Program-made: the position numbers and the translations under genes | DNA from: Bacteroidota bacterium | GTDB lineage: Bacteria > Bacteroidota > Bacteroidia > Palsa-965 | Direction: 5' to 3' | Assembly: GCA_013289095.1 (NCBI GenBank) | Contig: JABDAO010000005.1 | Coordinates: 303 to 64,302 of the forward strand | Length of the DNA: 64,000 nucleotides | Notes under the pieces: generated by a model | Databases searched by the model: none | The model's input: only the letters and a program-made list of their open reading frames with translations | Told to the model about the DNA's origin: nothing | Shown: positions 1-9,436 of the stretch, piece after piece | How positions within the stretch are numbered: the stretch's first letter is position 1 | Layout: each line of letters begins with the position of its first letter

Positions 1-314
1 AAATGCTGGGCAACAAGGCTTCCATAAGAAATGCCTACGATCTCGGCTTTGGCTATTTTCAGGGAATCGAGCAACCCGAGCACGTCGGAGGCATGACGGT
101 CGAAATCACGCGAGTCGCCAGTCTTGTCGCTCTGGCCCTGGAAGATAAAGTCGCATAAGATGATTTGGTAGTCGGGTGCAAAAGCAGGCACCATCAGCCC
201 CCAGGCGAGTGTTGATTGAGAAAGACCGTTGAGAAAGACAATGGTCTTCCTTGATTTTACAGAACCGTGAATCTCATAGTAGAAATTCAGGTCGTCAGAT
301 GTTTTGTAGTACAT
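1..314 (-). CDS. alpha/beta-fold hydrolase, N-terminal part (gene runs off the left edge of the window)
   Basis: Own minus-strand translation from the ATG at 314-312: MYYKTSDDLNFYYEIHGS..TIVFLNGLSQS..EIVGISYGSLVAQH. It has a GxSxG nucleophile elbow (GISYG). It is absent from the ORF track because there is no stop inside the window. Co-directional with phaB/phaC. Confidence 0.6.
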   Translation of the reverse strand, partial: MYYKTSDDLNFYYEIHGSVKSRKTIVFLNGLSQSTLAWGLMVPAFAPDYQIILCDFIFQGQSDKTGDSRDFDRHASDVLGLLDSLKIAKAEIVGISYGSLVAQH

Positions 315-386
315 AGCAGTGTTGCTTAGTTAAGGTTCGTATAGCCATTACAATACCACGAGCACAAAGCAGGTGAGGGGGAATCG

Positions 387-1151
387 TTAACGCGACATAT
401 AAAGTCCTCCATTCACCGATATATCCGACCCCGTGATATAGCTGGCCGACTCGGAGACCAGGTACCCTATAGCATCGGCAATTTCGGAAGGTTTGCCCAA
501 TCGGCCCATGGGCACCTGTTCGATGATCTTGTTCCGGATATCTTCGCGTATGGCCATGACCATGGAGGTGCCGATATATCCCGGAGAAACGGTATTGACC
601 GTAATCCCTTTTTTTGCTGTTTCGAGGGCGAGTGATTTTGTGAAGCCAACCATTCCGGCTTTTGCCGTTGCATAATTTGTCTGTCCAAACTGTCCTTTCT
701 GTCCGTTGACAGACGAGATACTTACAATCCTTCCCCAACCTTTGGCAATCATCCCTTCGATGACCAGGCGGGAACAAATAAAGACGCTGTTTAAGTTTGT
801 ATTGATGACATCATACCATTGGTCAGGGCTCATTTTATAAAGCGGGGTATCGCGGGTGATGCCTGCATTGTTTATGAGTACCTGGATGGTTCCGATTTCA
901 GCTTCGATTTCGGTAATCATCCGTTGAGCGGATTTAAAATCAGATATATCGCCTTCTATTATTTTCACGTCAATGCCCATTTTTAGTTGGTCTTCTCTCC
1001 ATTTTTTTGCTTCTTCTCTCCATTTCATGGCCTTGTCGAAATCCCTGTAATTGGCAACGAGGGTGAACCCGTCTTTGTATAACCGTTCGCAGATGGCGCT
1101 TCCTATACCACCTGTGCCGCCTGTTACAAGCGCAACTTTGTTGTTTTTCAT
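387..1151 (-). CDS. phaB: acetoacetyl-CoA reductase (SDR family)
   Basis: 254 aa. Rossmann motif TGGTGGIGS and catalytic YATAKAG (YxxxK). The C-terminal region VNTVSPGYI..MGRLGKPSEIA..TGSDISVNGGLYM is typical of PhaB. It lies 19 bp downstream of phaC. Confidence 0.9.
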   Translation of the reverse strand: MKNNKVALVTGGTGGIGSAICERLYKDGFTLVANYRDFDKAMKWREEAKKWREDQLKMGIDVKIIEGDISDFKSAQRMITEIEAEIGTIQVLINNAGITRDTPLYKMSPDQWYDVINTNLNSVFICSRLVIEGMIAKGWGRIVSISSVNGQKGQFGQTNYATAKAGMVGFTKSLALETAKKGITVNTVSPGYIGTSMVMAIREDIRNKIIEQVPMGRLGKPSEIADAIGYLVSESASYITGSDISVNGGLYMSR

Positions 1152-1170
1152 AAATGATTGCTGGTCTTAT

Positions 1171-2979
1171 TTAGAGGGTGCTTTTTTCTTTTACATAGCT
1201 GCCTGGCGCTGATTCCAGAACCGGGTAATCGGCGCTTCCTTCGTGTTTCGGTGCAGGCACCTGTTTGCCATTTTTGGAGTTCATCCATCGGTTCCAATGT
1301 GGCCACCAGCTTCCTTCACCCGGTTTTGCTGTGTTCTTCCACTGGTCAAAACCTTCTCCAAGCGTACCTCCAAAATGATGGTTGTATTTATGTTTTTTGG
1401 AAGGAGCATTGATAGCTCCCATGATATGCCCAGAATCGCCAAGTACAAATTCTACTTCACCTCCCAGGAGTTCGGTTGAGTTAAATGCAGTACGACAGGG
1501 AGCGATATGGTCTTCGACGGTTCCGATGATATAGGATGGAACCTTGATGAGACCCAGATCGATCGGGACATTACAGATACGAAGGGCATTGGGTACACGC
1601 AGCATGTTTTCATACAGCATTTTCCGCAGGTAAAAGGTGTACATTTTACCCGGAAGGTTTGTATTGTCGCAGCTCCAGTAAAGCACATTGAATGGGGGGG
1701 GGGTCTTACCTTTCAGATAGTTATTGACCACATAGGGCCAGACCAGTTCATTTGCACGGATGGCATTGAAGGCTTTTGCCATATCAGAGCCTTTCATGAT
1801 ACCTCCGTCTTTTAAGTCGTTTTCCAGTTGATGTACCAGTGCTTCGTCGATAATAGCGCCCATAGGGCCAATATCCGAAAAATCGAGCATCGTGGCCAGG
1901 AAGGTGGCAGCATTCACACTTTCCTTTTCGCGGTTTGCTTCGAGGAATGTAGGTTTTGGCGAGGCCAGGATTGCAAGTGTTGCTCCAAGCAGGGTTCCAC
2001 CCAGACAGTAACCCAGGGTGTTTACTTTCTTGGCCCCGGTAATGGCTCTGGCCACTTCAATAGATTTGAGGGCGCCCCTGACCACATAATCGTCGAATGA
2101 TACGTGGCCCATGTCTGCTGTTGGGTTTTTCCAGGAAACAATGAAAACGGTATGTCCTTCTCTGACTCCGTACTCAACCAACGAACGGTCGGTATGCAGA
2201 TCAAGGATGTAATATTTATTGATCCATGGAGGGAAAATAACGAGCGGAAATTCCGAAACCTTTTCGGTCAGCGGGGTGTACTGGATGAGTTGGATGAGCT
2301 CATTCTGGTAAACCACAGAACCTTTGGTCTGGGCCAGGTCGCGTCCGATTTCGAAAACATGTTCATCGCTTTGGGTGATGCTTCCTTTTTGAACGTCTTT
2401 CAGAAAATTTTCAACGCCGGCAAGAAGACTTTGCCCGTTTGTTTCTTTGGCCAGTTTTATTGCTTCGGGGTTGGTGAAGAAAAAATTGGCAGGCGAAAGT
2501 GCATCGAGGTATTGCTGGGTTTGAAAGTTTAGTTTTGATTTGGCGTGTACATCCAGATCGATCGAGTTGGTGATCTCCTTGAGCATTTTTGAGATGAGCA
2601 GGTAGTTTTGTTTGATGTAATCAAAGTAGTGCGGAGATTCGCTCCATTCAGCTGCGGTGAACCTCTTGTCGCCAGGTGCTGGGCTGATTACGGGAGTATA
2701 GCTAGCCTCTGGATTTGCCTGACTTTCGAAAATGCGTTTGCTCAGTTCCATCTGTTTTTGAATGTATTCAACAAAAAACTGTTGCCCGCTAACGGCGGTA
2801 TCTGGGTTGGCAGCAACCTTGCCAGCCAAACCGAGGTATGAATTTGTAAATTCGGTAAAAGCCTGGAGTTGGGAAGGCAGGTTTTGCATAAAATTAGCAG
2901 CCAGTTTTTGACCAGCTTTTGCTGCTTCCTGAGCGATGAGGAGGAGTTCCTGTTCTGTATCTTTTTTTTCGTTTTCCAT
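1171..2979 (-). CDS. phaC: class I poly(R)-hydroxyalkanoate synthase
   Basis: 602 aa. Lipase-box-like GYCLGG with the active-site Cys, and a conserved FIVSWKNP block. Size and architecture fit class I PhaC. Confidence 0.9.
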   Translation of the reverse strand: MENEKKDTEQELLLIAQEAAKAGQKLAANFMQNLPSQLQAFTEFTNSYLGLAGKVAANPDTAVSGQQFFVEYIQKQMELSKRIFESQANPEASYTPVISPAPGDKRFTAAEWSESPHYFDYIKQNYLLISKMLKEITNSIDLDVHAKSKLNFQTQQYLDALSPANFFFTNPEAIKLAKETNGQSLLAGVENFLKDVQKGSITQSDEHVFEIGRDLAQTKGSVVYQNELIQLIQYTPLTEKVSEFPLVIFPPWINKYYILDLHTDRSLVEYGVREGHTVFIVSWKNPTADMGHVSFDDYVVRGALKSIEVARAITGAKKVNTLGYCLGGTLLGATLAILASPKPTFLEANREKESVNAATFLATMLDFSDIGPMGAIIDEALVHQLENDLKDGGIMKGSDMAKAFNAIRANELVWPYVVNNYLKGKTPPPFNVLYWSCDNTNLPGKMYTFYLRKMLYENMLRVPNALRICNVPIDLGLIKVPSYIIGTVEDHIAPCRTAFNSTELLGGEVEFVLGDSGHIMGAINAPSKKHKYNHHFGGTLGEGFDQWKNTAKPGEGSWWPHWNRWMNSKNGKQVPAPKHEGSADYPVLESAPGSYVKEKSTL

Positions 2980-3251
2980 TCGGTGTAGGTATTGTTTTTT
3001 CAGTCGTAAAGGTAGGGGTTTTCATGAGTTGAAAGGGCATGATTCCGGTATATCGGTAATAAATCAGGATCCCGTCTATGCGCTGATCAAGAATAAATCT
3101 GTCGCAATAAATACACGGAGGCAAAGTCCTCTGAAGGAGAATGCCTGTTTTTTCTCCATCGATACATTTCCTGACAGATGTAATTCCGCAGAAGCACACA
3201 AGAAATGCGTGAGACAAGATACTGACATCAAGCAGGCTGCATAGGGATGCA

Positions 3252-3309
3252 AGAAACCCCTTCGTGTCTTCATTTCGGGTTGAAATGTAGCCAAGCGAAG
3301 GGGTTTTCT
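3252..3309 (-). terminator. candidate stem-loop downstream of the phasin-like genes
   Basis: The arms gaaaccccttcg (3252-3264) and cgaaggggttttc (3296-3309) can pair. On the minus strand a short T-rich run follows. The loop is long (about 31 nt), so support is weak. Confidence 0.3.
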
Positions 3310-3340
3310 TCAGGGATCAGTAAAAGAGAGGAATCTTGAA

Positions 3341-3946
3341 CTATTTATTGTCAGAATGCTTCCACCATTCAGAAGCCCAGCCTGAAAAGGCCTTCATGCT
3401 GTTCTGCTGAATCTGGTTGTAGTTGTGGAATTGTGACGAAATGGTTTCGGCAATTTTTTTGTTGAAATTCAAAGCAAGGCTCGTGTGTTTGTTATAAGAC
3501 TCGATAATGGCTTGAGTGCTTGTGTTCATTGTGTTGACAGCAGATTCGAAATTTTCCTTCACCAGCTTCAGTACCTTGTCCAGACCTTCGTTGTTGGCGC
3601 TGAATGTAGCCGATTCTTTGATTGCATCAATCAGTTTCGTGTTGTGCTCCAGGTACAGCTTAACTTGCGTATTGTAGCTGTCGAGTACATGATCGATTGT
3701 TTCTTCCGAAAGCTCAATTGATTTACCAAAGGTTTTGTTCATAGCGCTGAAAAGTGATGTGTTTTTATCTGACAACTGGAATTGGTCACGTATTCCATTG
3801 ACCAATACTTTATTTGATTCGAGAGCCTCGTTCAGAAGTCTGGTGTTGAGATGAATAATTTCTTTAACGGCTTCTTTTGATTTAAGGGCTGTGTCACCAA
3901 GAACGGTTTTCATGTTTTCGGTTTTCTCGCTTACATTGTTTTTCAT
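3341..3946 (-). CDS. phasin-like PHA granule-associated protein (hypothetical, helical)
   Basis: 201 aa with no enzymatic motif and an amphipathic-helix-like composition throughout. It sits directly upstream of, and co-directional with, phaC-phaB. The functional call is by context only. Confidence 0.55.
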   Translation of the reverse strand: MKNNVSEKTENMKTVLGDTALKSKEAVKEIIHLNTRLLNEALESNKVLVNGIRDQFQLSDKNTSLFSAMNKTFGKSIELSEETIDHVLDSYNTQVKLYLEHNTKLIDAIKESATFSANNEGLDKVLKLVKENFESAVNTMNTSTQAIIESYNKHTSLALNFNKKIAETISSQFHNYNQIQQNSMKAFSGWASEWWKHSDNK

Positions 3947-4015
3947 CGGTCTGTTTTAATTGAGGGTTAGGGGTTGAAAAGGAATTGTTTTAGGATTAAA
4001 TGATTCTTGTTTTTT

Positions 4016-4795
4016 TTATTTTGACACACTCACTTTTTTAGCGGGCTCGGTTTGTTTTGTTTTTTCGTCTACAGAGACAGCAACAAGCGGAGTTGCTGAA
4101 TTTTTATCGGCAGGAGAGCTGGTTTTGGCTCCTCCATTCGATGTGTCTTGTGCAGCCTGGAAAAGCCCTGACCAAAGTTTAAGATTAGAAGTGATCATGG
4201 AATTAAGTTGACTATCCAATGAACCGAGGAATTCTTTCCCTGTTTTTACGGTTTCGTTCAGATTTTTAAGATACTGTTCAGAAGTGTTTTGCATAGCGGC
4301 CCTCGATGATTCGAGATTGGTTTCCACATCTTTGGCCACTTTCGTCAGCATAGGTGCAAACGCATCCTGTGTGCTGGCAAACTGTGCCGAGAGTGTATCA
4401 ATATATTTCTGGTTCATGGTGCTGATCGACTCAGCCTGTTTGATATAAGTTTGTACGATTGCATTTATTTTTTCTTCGCAGAATGCAGGGTATGCGTTCC
4501 TGTTCCCGAACTGTTGAATAGTTTCGAAAGAGGATTTGGAAATCTGTGAAAGGCTTTCGAGGCTTTTTTGCATGATTTCATTGAGTATCTCAGAAATGCG
4601 AACCGGGCTTATCATTGCACCTGGTTTTATGTTCATGGTATTGTCAAGTGCGTTGTTATAGAGTTTGGTTGCAAAATCAAGCTGGTTTTCGTAAGCTTTG
4701 GCAACCGAAGACGCAGTGTCCTGAAACATTTTGATGGAGTTTTCTACGTGTTTCTGGAAACTGTTTTCCATGGGATTTTGTTTTTCAGCGCTCAT
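4016..4795 (-). CDS. phasin-like protein with Lys/Ala/Ser/Pro-rich C-terminal tail
   Basis: 259 aa. A helical body is followed by the tail GGAKTSSPADKNSATPLVAVSVDEKTKQTEPAKKVSVSK. It is the first gene of the phasin-phasin-phaC-phaB string. The functional call is by context only. Confidence 0.55.
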   Translation of the reverse strand: MSAEKQNPMENSFQKHVENSIKMFQDTASSVAKAYENQLDFATKLYNNALDNTMNIKPGAMISPVRISEILNEIMQKSLESLSQISKSSFETIQQFGNRNAYPAFCEEKINAIVQTYIKQAESISTMNQKYIDTLSAQFASTQDAFAPMLTKVAKDVETNLESSRAAMQNTSEQYLKNLNETVKTGKEFLGSLDSQLNSMITSNLKLWSGLFQAAQDTSNGGAKTSSPADKNSATPLVAVSVDEKTKQTEPAKKVSVSK

Positions 4796-5418
4796 CGTAT
4801 TTAGTGTTTTATTAGGTTAAATTGTGAAGATCAGAATTTGTCTTGAACGTATAAAAAAAGACCTTTGTCGATTGTTTCCTGGAGTTCATTGCCTGGAATG
4901 TATGTTAATCGTTGGTTATTTGTTAATTATCAGATGAACTTCTGAACTGTTTACAAATGTATGGATATGTAGTATAGGTTCAGAACATTGTTGATAACTT
5001 TTTTATCTCCTTGATTGACTTTTTCGTTTTATAATAGTAATTGTCGCCAAAGTTAACTCGTAATAAATTGATAATCATGCTAAAGCTAGCTTTGAAATTA
5101 GCTTGTCATTGTTTCAATGACATAGAAAATTTTTTTTCAGCTCAGAGGTAAAAACAAATTTCTTGAATTTTCTAAAAGCGCAGCATTCAGTTTTTATTGA
5201 AATTTTAAAAATAAAATGATAAATAATGATATTGAAATAAGATAACACTAGATCCATCTCCAATCTCATTCAAGTCTTTCCTCTATTCTGAATGCAAAAA
5301 TAGGACTTGCGATCAGCCGGCTCACAAAAATTCGTTGAACAGGGGCAATTTGTCGGTGGGAACCAGGAAAGTTAAGGGTAAGGATAATTCTGAATCGGTT
5401 ACCGGCTGGAACCGAGCG

Positions 5419-6273
5419 CTAGTGTTTATCCTTCTGAAAAGCACGGATCGTGGCTCCAGGCGACATGGCAAAGGGGATCTGACCCCAGTCTTTGTATTTT
5501 GCCACCAGTCCATCCTTTTTTGAAGGATCGGCGGCTGCGGTTTGCATGTCCAGAAAGTATTGCCGGAAATTTTCCAATACATCCATTCCTCCCACAGGTC
5601 CATGTCCAGGCACAATGGTTTGAATTTCGAATTGTTTCGGCAGCGTGTTGAATGCATCCAGATATCCGGCTGGGTCAGCAACCCCGAACATGGCCGGGGC
5701 CTGTTTGTTCAGTATGACATCACCGGCAAACAGCATCTTTCGTTTTTTGAGATACACAACCACATCGCTGGCTGTGTGCACATTTTTTCCCAGATTGAGG
5801 ATCGTAACATGTTCATCGCCCATTGGTATTTCCATCCTGTCTTTCAGCCACACGGTCGGCACACCCTCGGATCCATTTTGCTTCAGCCAGAATTCGGGTG
5901 TGTAGTTGCCTCCTGCGAGAATCATCTGTCCTTTGTAATACGCATTGCCTTTTTCATGATCGGGGTGGAAATGCGTATTCACCACCAGGATATGTTTTGA
6001 GCCAGCAAGCGCTTTTACCTGCGATGCAAGCTGCTCGGCGGCCTCGTCCATCTTGGTGTCGATAACAAGCACCAGACTGTCAGACACCAGGATCCCGCTG
6101 TTGCCTCCCCCGCCGAGGACGAGCGTAAGTTCTTTGTCATACTGCACAACATGCACTTCCTTCATCTTTTGCATGAACGGGCGCAGGTAAATAAAATACA
6201 GGGAGATGCCTGTAAGTACCAGGATCGCAAGCACGATGCCTGTCCATTTGAGTATTTTTTTGAGTGTTTTCAT
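5419..6273 (-). CDS. MBL-fold metallo-hydrolase with N-terminal membrane anchor
   Basis: 284 aa. HFHPDH (HxHxDH) zinc-binding motif, with downstream H and D ligands (VPGHGP). N-terminal hydrophobic helix WTGIVLAILVLTGISLYFIYL. Confidence 0.85.
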   Translation of the reverse strand: MKTLKKILKWTGIVLAILVLTGISLYFIYLRPFMQKMKEVHVVQYDKELTLVLGGGGNSGILVSDSLVLVIDTKMDEAAEQLASQVKALAGSKHILVVNTHFHPDHEKGNAYYKGQMILAGGNYTPEFWLKQNGSEGVPTVWLKDRMEIPMGDEHVTILNLGKNVHTASDVVVYLKKRKMLFAGDVILNKQAPAMFGVADPAGYLDAFNTLPKQFEIQTIVPGHGPVGGMDVLENFRQYFLDMQTAAADPSKKDGLVAKYKDWGQIPFAMSPGATIRAFQKDKH

Positions 6274-6473
6274 GTGATTGCAGCTTTAGCTGTTTTAAAA
6301 TGACAGGGCAAAGGTACGCAGGATAGAAACATCTTCAGCTGTTCAACAAAATTGAGTGGGGCTATACAGACACTGATCTGCACAAACAGCGAGTGATCGG
6401 GAGCTTTCACGGGCAGTGATAAATCAAAAAAAGAGTAGCCTCTTCAGCCACTCTTTCTCTTTCTTTGTTGATG

Positions 6474-6547
6474 TGATCCCAATTGGATTCGAACCAATGG
6501 CCTGCTGCTTAGAAGGCAGCTGCTCTATCCAGCTGAGCTATGGGATC
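6474..6547 (-). tRNA. tRNA-Arg (anticodon TCT)
   Basis: The reverse complement folds as a cloverleaf: acceptor GATCCCA/TGGGATC, anticodon arm GCTGC-CTTCTAA-GCAGC (anticodon TCT), and T arm ATTGG-TTCGAAT-CCAAT. CCA is not encoded. Confidence 0.9.
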
Positions 6548-6644
6548 AAAAAAAAATGTCCAAAATCAAAAGTTAAAGTTTAAGGTTCGTGACTTTAAAC
6601 TAGGAACTCAGAACTTTGAACATTTATTGTTTACTGAACCTGGG

Positions 6645-6719
6645 TCGGGGTGGCAGGATTCGAACCTGCGACCTTCTGGTCCCAAACCAGACGCGATAGC
6701 CGGGCTACGCTACACCCCG
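6645..6719 (-). tRNA. tRNA-Pro (anticodon TGG)
   Basis: Reverse complement: acceptor CGGGGTG/CACCCCG, anticodon arm TCTGG-TTTGGGA-CCAGA (anticodon TGG), and T arm GCAGG-TTCGAAT-CCTGC. Confidence 0.9.
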
Positions 6720-7093
6720 AATTGTATGCTTTATTGAAAAAGAACGGTACAGATTTTATTCAGGAACCTGTTTTTTTACTTCATCCCGCCCTTTTTTCAG
6801 GGGCAGCAAATGTAGAAATTATTTCGACACGAATGGAAATCTTTGAGATATAATATTTTTTTCGAAGAGCAGTGCCAACCAAAACCTGATTTAGTTGGGG
6901 CCTGCCGAGGCAATCCGATTCATTTTGAAACTACCAAAGGCTGGATTAGCGCAATATGCCGGGAGAACTGATCCGGATTGGGAGGAACCGAAGAAAGTAG
7001 AAGAGACAGAGCAGAAACCGGAAATTTTAACCTGGTATGATTTGCAAAACCTAAACAAGAGAGAGAAGTCAACGATTTTCAGCGCCTAGAGAT

Positions 7094-7369
7094 CTATTTC
7101 AGATATCGGCTAACATTCCTGATCTTTTGTTCTTCGATGTAATCTGCGAGTTCTACATGAAGGGTTTTGAGTTCGTTGAGCTTTGGATGGAGTATGGCTT
7201 TGAGCTTGTTAATCTCTGCTGCCTCTTCGAGTGAGGGTTTGCCGTTGCCTTCCTTACGGCTCACTGCGCCTGATAGAATTTCAATGATCTTATATTCCAG
7301 TTCGCTTGTTTCATCGACCAAGGCCCGGTATGAATTCCATTTAGGGTGAATTTCAAGTGTTTCTGTCAT
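7094..7369 (-). CDS. hypothetical small protein (coiled-coil-like)
   Basis: 91-aa ORF with an ATG start. It does not overlap a better gene. No family was recognised. Confidence 0.45.
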   Translation of the reverse strand: MTETLEIHPKWNSYRALVDETSELEYKIIEILSGAVSRKEGNGKPSLEEAAEINKLKAILHPKLNELKTLHVELADYIEEQKIRNVSRYLK

Positions 7370-7651
7370 GATGGGTACGTGTTACATCGATTTTCTGAAA
7401 ATTTGAGGAGCACAATTAAACCCGTCTTTGTCTCATTTCCCGCTCCGGAGAAAAGACGCACTCCAGCTTAAATATTTATCCACTTAAAGGTACAGTCAAG
7501 GCAGCACAAAGCCCATGTTACGGTGTTATCATTTTGTTAAGATTGTTTATGTGAGCTAAATTGAAATGCAATACATTTTAAAACAGCTTCTTTCTGTCTG
7601 AATGTCTGTAAAATCGTTCCGCTGATCACAGTTTCTCTCTATTTTAGCGCC

Positions 7652-7984
7652 ATGAAACTACATATCAAACACTGGGAAAATGTACACATTCCGCTTTGGC
7701 TCCTGAAAGATACCTGCTGGATGTTGGAATGGAAGACACTTGGAGTGACGATGATTTTTCCTACCCTGTTCGTGGCCATCTATCTTGCCCTAAAGACCCG
7801 GAAAGAGGAGGAATTCTTAGTCAACCTGGCTATCTGTTTCTGGATCGGGGCGAATGCCTATTGGATGTGCTGCGAATTTTTCCATCATGTGGAAATCAAA
7901 AACTACGCAGGCATTCCGTTTGCGATCGGGATGTGTTGTGTGGCCTGGTTTTATATCAACAGGCTCAGGCGTCTGTTAGAATAA
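7652..7984 (+). CDS. hypothetical small membrane protein
   Basis: 110 aa with 3-4 hydrophobic helices (e.g. VTMIFPTLFVAIYLAL, LAICFWIGANAYWMC). ATG start. Confidence 0.55.
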   Translation: MKLHIKHWENVHIPLWLLKDTCWMLEWKTLGVTMIFPTLFVAIYLALKTRKEEEFLVNLAICFWIGANAYWMCCEFFHHVEIKNYAGIPFAIGMCCVAWFYINRLRRLLE

Positions 7985-7990
7985 ACGTTG

Positions 7991-8488
7991 TTATTTCCGG
8001 AGCAGGTTTCGTTTAAGTGTGGCCATTTTAATAGCGGTAATGGCAGCCTCATCCCCCTTATTCCCGTGTTTCCCCCCGGCACGTTCTTTTGCCTGTTTCA
8101 AGTCGTTGGTGGTGAGTACCCCAAATACAACGGGTTTGTTGTACATCAGGCCTACATTCGTCAATCCGTTCGCCACCGAATCGCAGATAAAATCGAAATG
8201 ACGTGTTTCGCCTTGAATCACGCATCCCAGACAGATTACGGCATCAATATCGGCGAGCTGTGCTGCAAACTGTGCTCCGAGTGTCAGTTCAAAACTGCCT
8301 GGCACGTATGTGACGAGGATGTTTTTGAGCTTGGCTCCATGTTTCACGAGGGTCTCACAGGCTGCATGTTCGAGTGCGGCCGTAATTTCGGTGTTCCATT
8401 CTGAAACCACCACTGCAAAGTGCATGCCTTTGGCCGATGGGATTTCTTTTTTTCCGGTTTCGCTGAGGTTCTTAAGAGAAGAGGCCAT
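7991..8488 (-). CDS. ribH: 6,7-dimethyl-8-ribityllumazine synthase
   Basis: 165 aa. FAVVVSEWN, VPGSFELT and GVLTTN blocks are characteristic of lumazine synthase. Confidence 0.92.
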   Translation of the reverse strand: MASSLKNLSETGKKEIPSAKGMHFAVVVSEWNTEITAALEHAACETLVKHGAKLKNILVTYVPGSFELTLGAQFAAQLADIDAVICLGCVIQGETRHFDFICDSVANGLTNVGLMYNKPVVFGVLTTNDLKQAKERAGGKHGNKGDEAAITAIKMATLKRNLLRK

Positions 8489-8503
8489 GGTGGATTGAAA
8501 AGT

Positions 8504-8529
8504 AAAACGTCCGCGTTTGCGGACGTTTT
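8504..8529. terminator. palindromic stem-loop between the TPR gene and ribH
   Basis: aaaacgtccgc-gttt-gcggacgtttt: an 11-bp perfect stem flanked by A/T runs on both sides, so it is terminator-like on either strand. Confidence 0.45.
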
Positions 8530-8539
8530 AGATGAATGA

Positions 8540-9223
8540 TTAATTGATGTTTCCTTTTGTCTTGGCCCGGGCGATGTATTTCTCGATATCACGGCTTTCG
8601 GGAGTTTCAAAATATTCTGTTTTTATTTTCTCGTATACTTTCAGGGCTTCGGCGTAATTCTTCTGGTCTTCATAGGCCAATCCTGCTTTTTTGAGGTAAA
8701 CCGGACTGGTAAAATTATTCGGGTTCTGGCTGGAAGCCTTGAGATAAGACGAAATGGCATCTTCTGTATTTCCTAGTTCCATGTAGCAATCGCCCACCGA
8801 GCCGGTAGAGATAGCGGCTGTCATTTGGTCGTTTCCGTCGTAGTCCTGGAATTGTTTGATGGCGTCTTTGTAGTTGCCTTTTGCACGCAGGCAGATGCCG
8901 AGGTAGTAATGCGAGAGGTTTCCGGAAGGAGTATTCCCGTATTCATCGGTCATGCGCTGAAAGCCGAGGGTATCGCCATGGCCGTTGATAGCCAGGTTGA
9001 GCGAATCTTTCTCAAACCATTTCTCGGCCCAGAATATTTTCGATTCGGCTTCTTCGGCCAGGGGTTTCATGTAGAGGTATTTCCAGGCAAAGAAAGCAGC
9101 TACCAACAGGAAGATGGCTCCGGTGATGATGGTCAGGCTTTTTCTGTTTTCGTGGATATAATGTTCAGTCTTCCCGAGGGCTTCCTCGACATCAAGAATT
9201 GGTTCGTCTTTTTCTTCGGCCAT
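8540..9223 (-). CDS. tetratricopeptide-repeat protein with N-terminal TM helix
   Basis: 227 aa. TM helix LTIITGAIFLLVAAFFAW followed by TPR-like repeats (YYLGICLRAKGNYKDAIKQF, AGLAYEDQKNYAEALKVYEKI). Confidence 0.8.
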   Translation of the reverse strand: MAEEKDEPILDVEEALGKTEHYIHENRKSLTIITGAIFLLVAAFFAWKYLYMKPLAEEAESKIFWAEKWFEKDSLNLAINGHGDTLGFQRMTDEYGNTPSGNLSHYYLGICLRAKGNYKDAIKQFQDYDGNDQMTAAISTGSVGDCYMELGNTEDAISSYLKASSQNPNNFTSPVYLKKAGLAYEDQKNYAEALKVYEKIKTEYFETPESRDIEKYIARAKTKGNIN

Positions 9224-9436
9224 TTTAATCTTTTGTAATTAAGCCAGCAAAAATAAGGAAAATTCAGGAGGTGGTGCATTTTTCGATATTTTATCTGATA
9301 AAAGAGACGATGGATACTTATCAATAGGGGGCAAATCAGGGTAAATGTACATTGCTTGAAAAAATATGTCAATAATTATCTGGTAAAAAAGCCCGCTTCC
9401 TGTCCCTTACAGATAGCCTTATCCTTAATTTCGCCC

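Noticed and set aside
295-777. 160-aa ORF overlapping phaB, and similar nested or antisense ORFs (e.g. 19261-19977, 36544-37080, 36792-37247, 41297-42004, 47285-47914, 52891-53667, 57135-57680, 62525-63082, 62593-63258)
   Set aside because: Each lies inside, or antisense to, a gene with strong family motifs. None has recognisable motifs of its own. They are treated as shadow ORFs.
6895-7089. 64-aa ORF downstream of the tRNA genes
   Set aside because: It has a TTG start and a charged low-complexity sequence, and no family was recognised. It cannot be supported as a gene.
9356-9436. N-terminal extensions given by the ORF track for recF (9356), the TPR protein (10542), the ABC-F gene (22157), trpC (45258), the DAHP synthase (48839), ndk (33057), the FKBP gene (36367), the repeat protein (54680), the response regulator (63778) and others
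   Set aside because: The extensions overlap upstream genes or repeats and have non-protein-like sequence. Internal ATGs give canonical family N-termini or signal peptides. The shorter starts were used.
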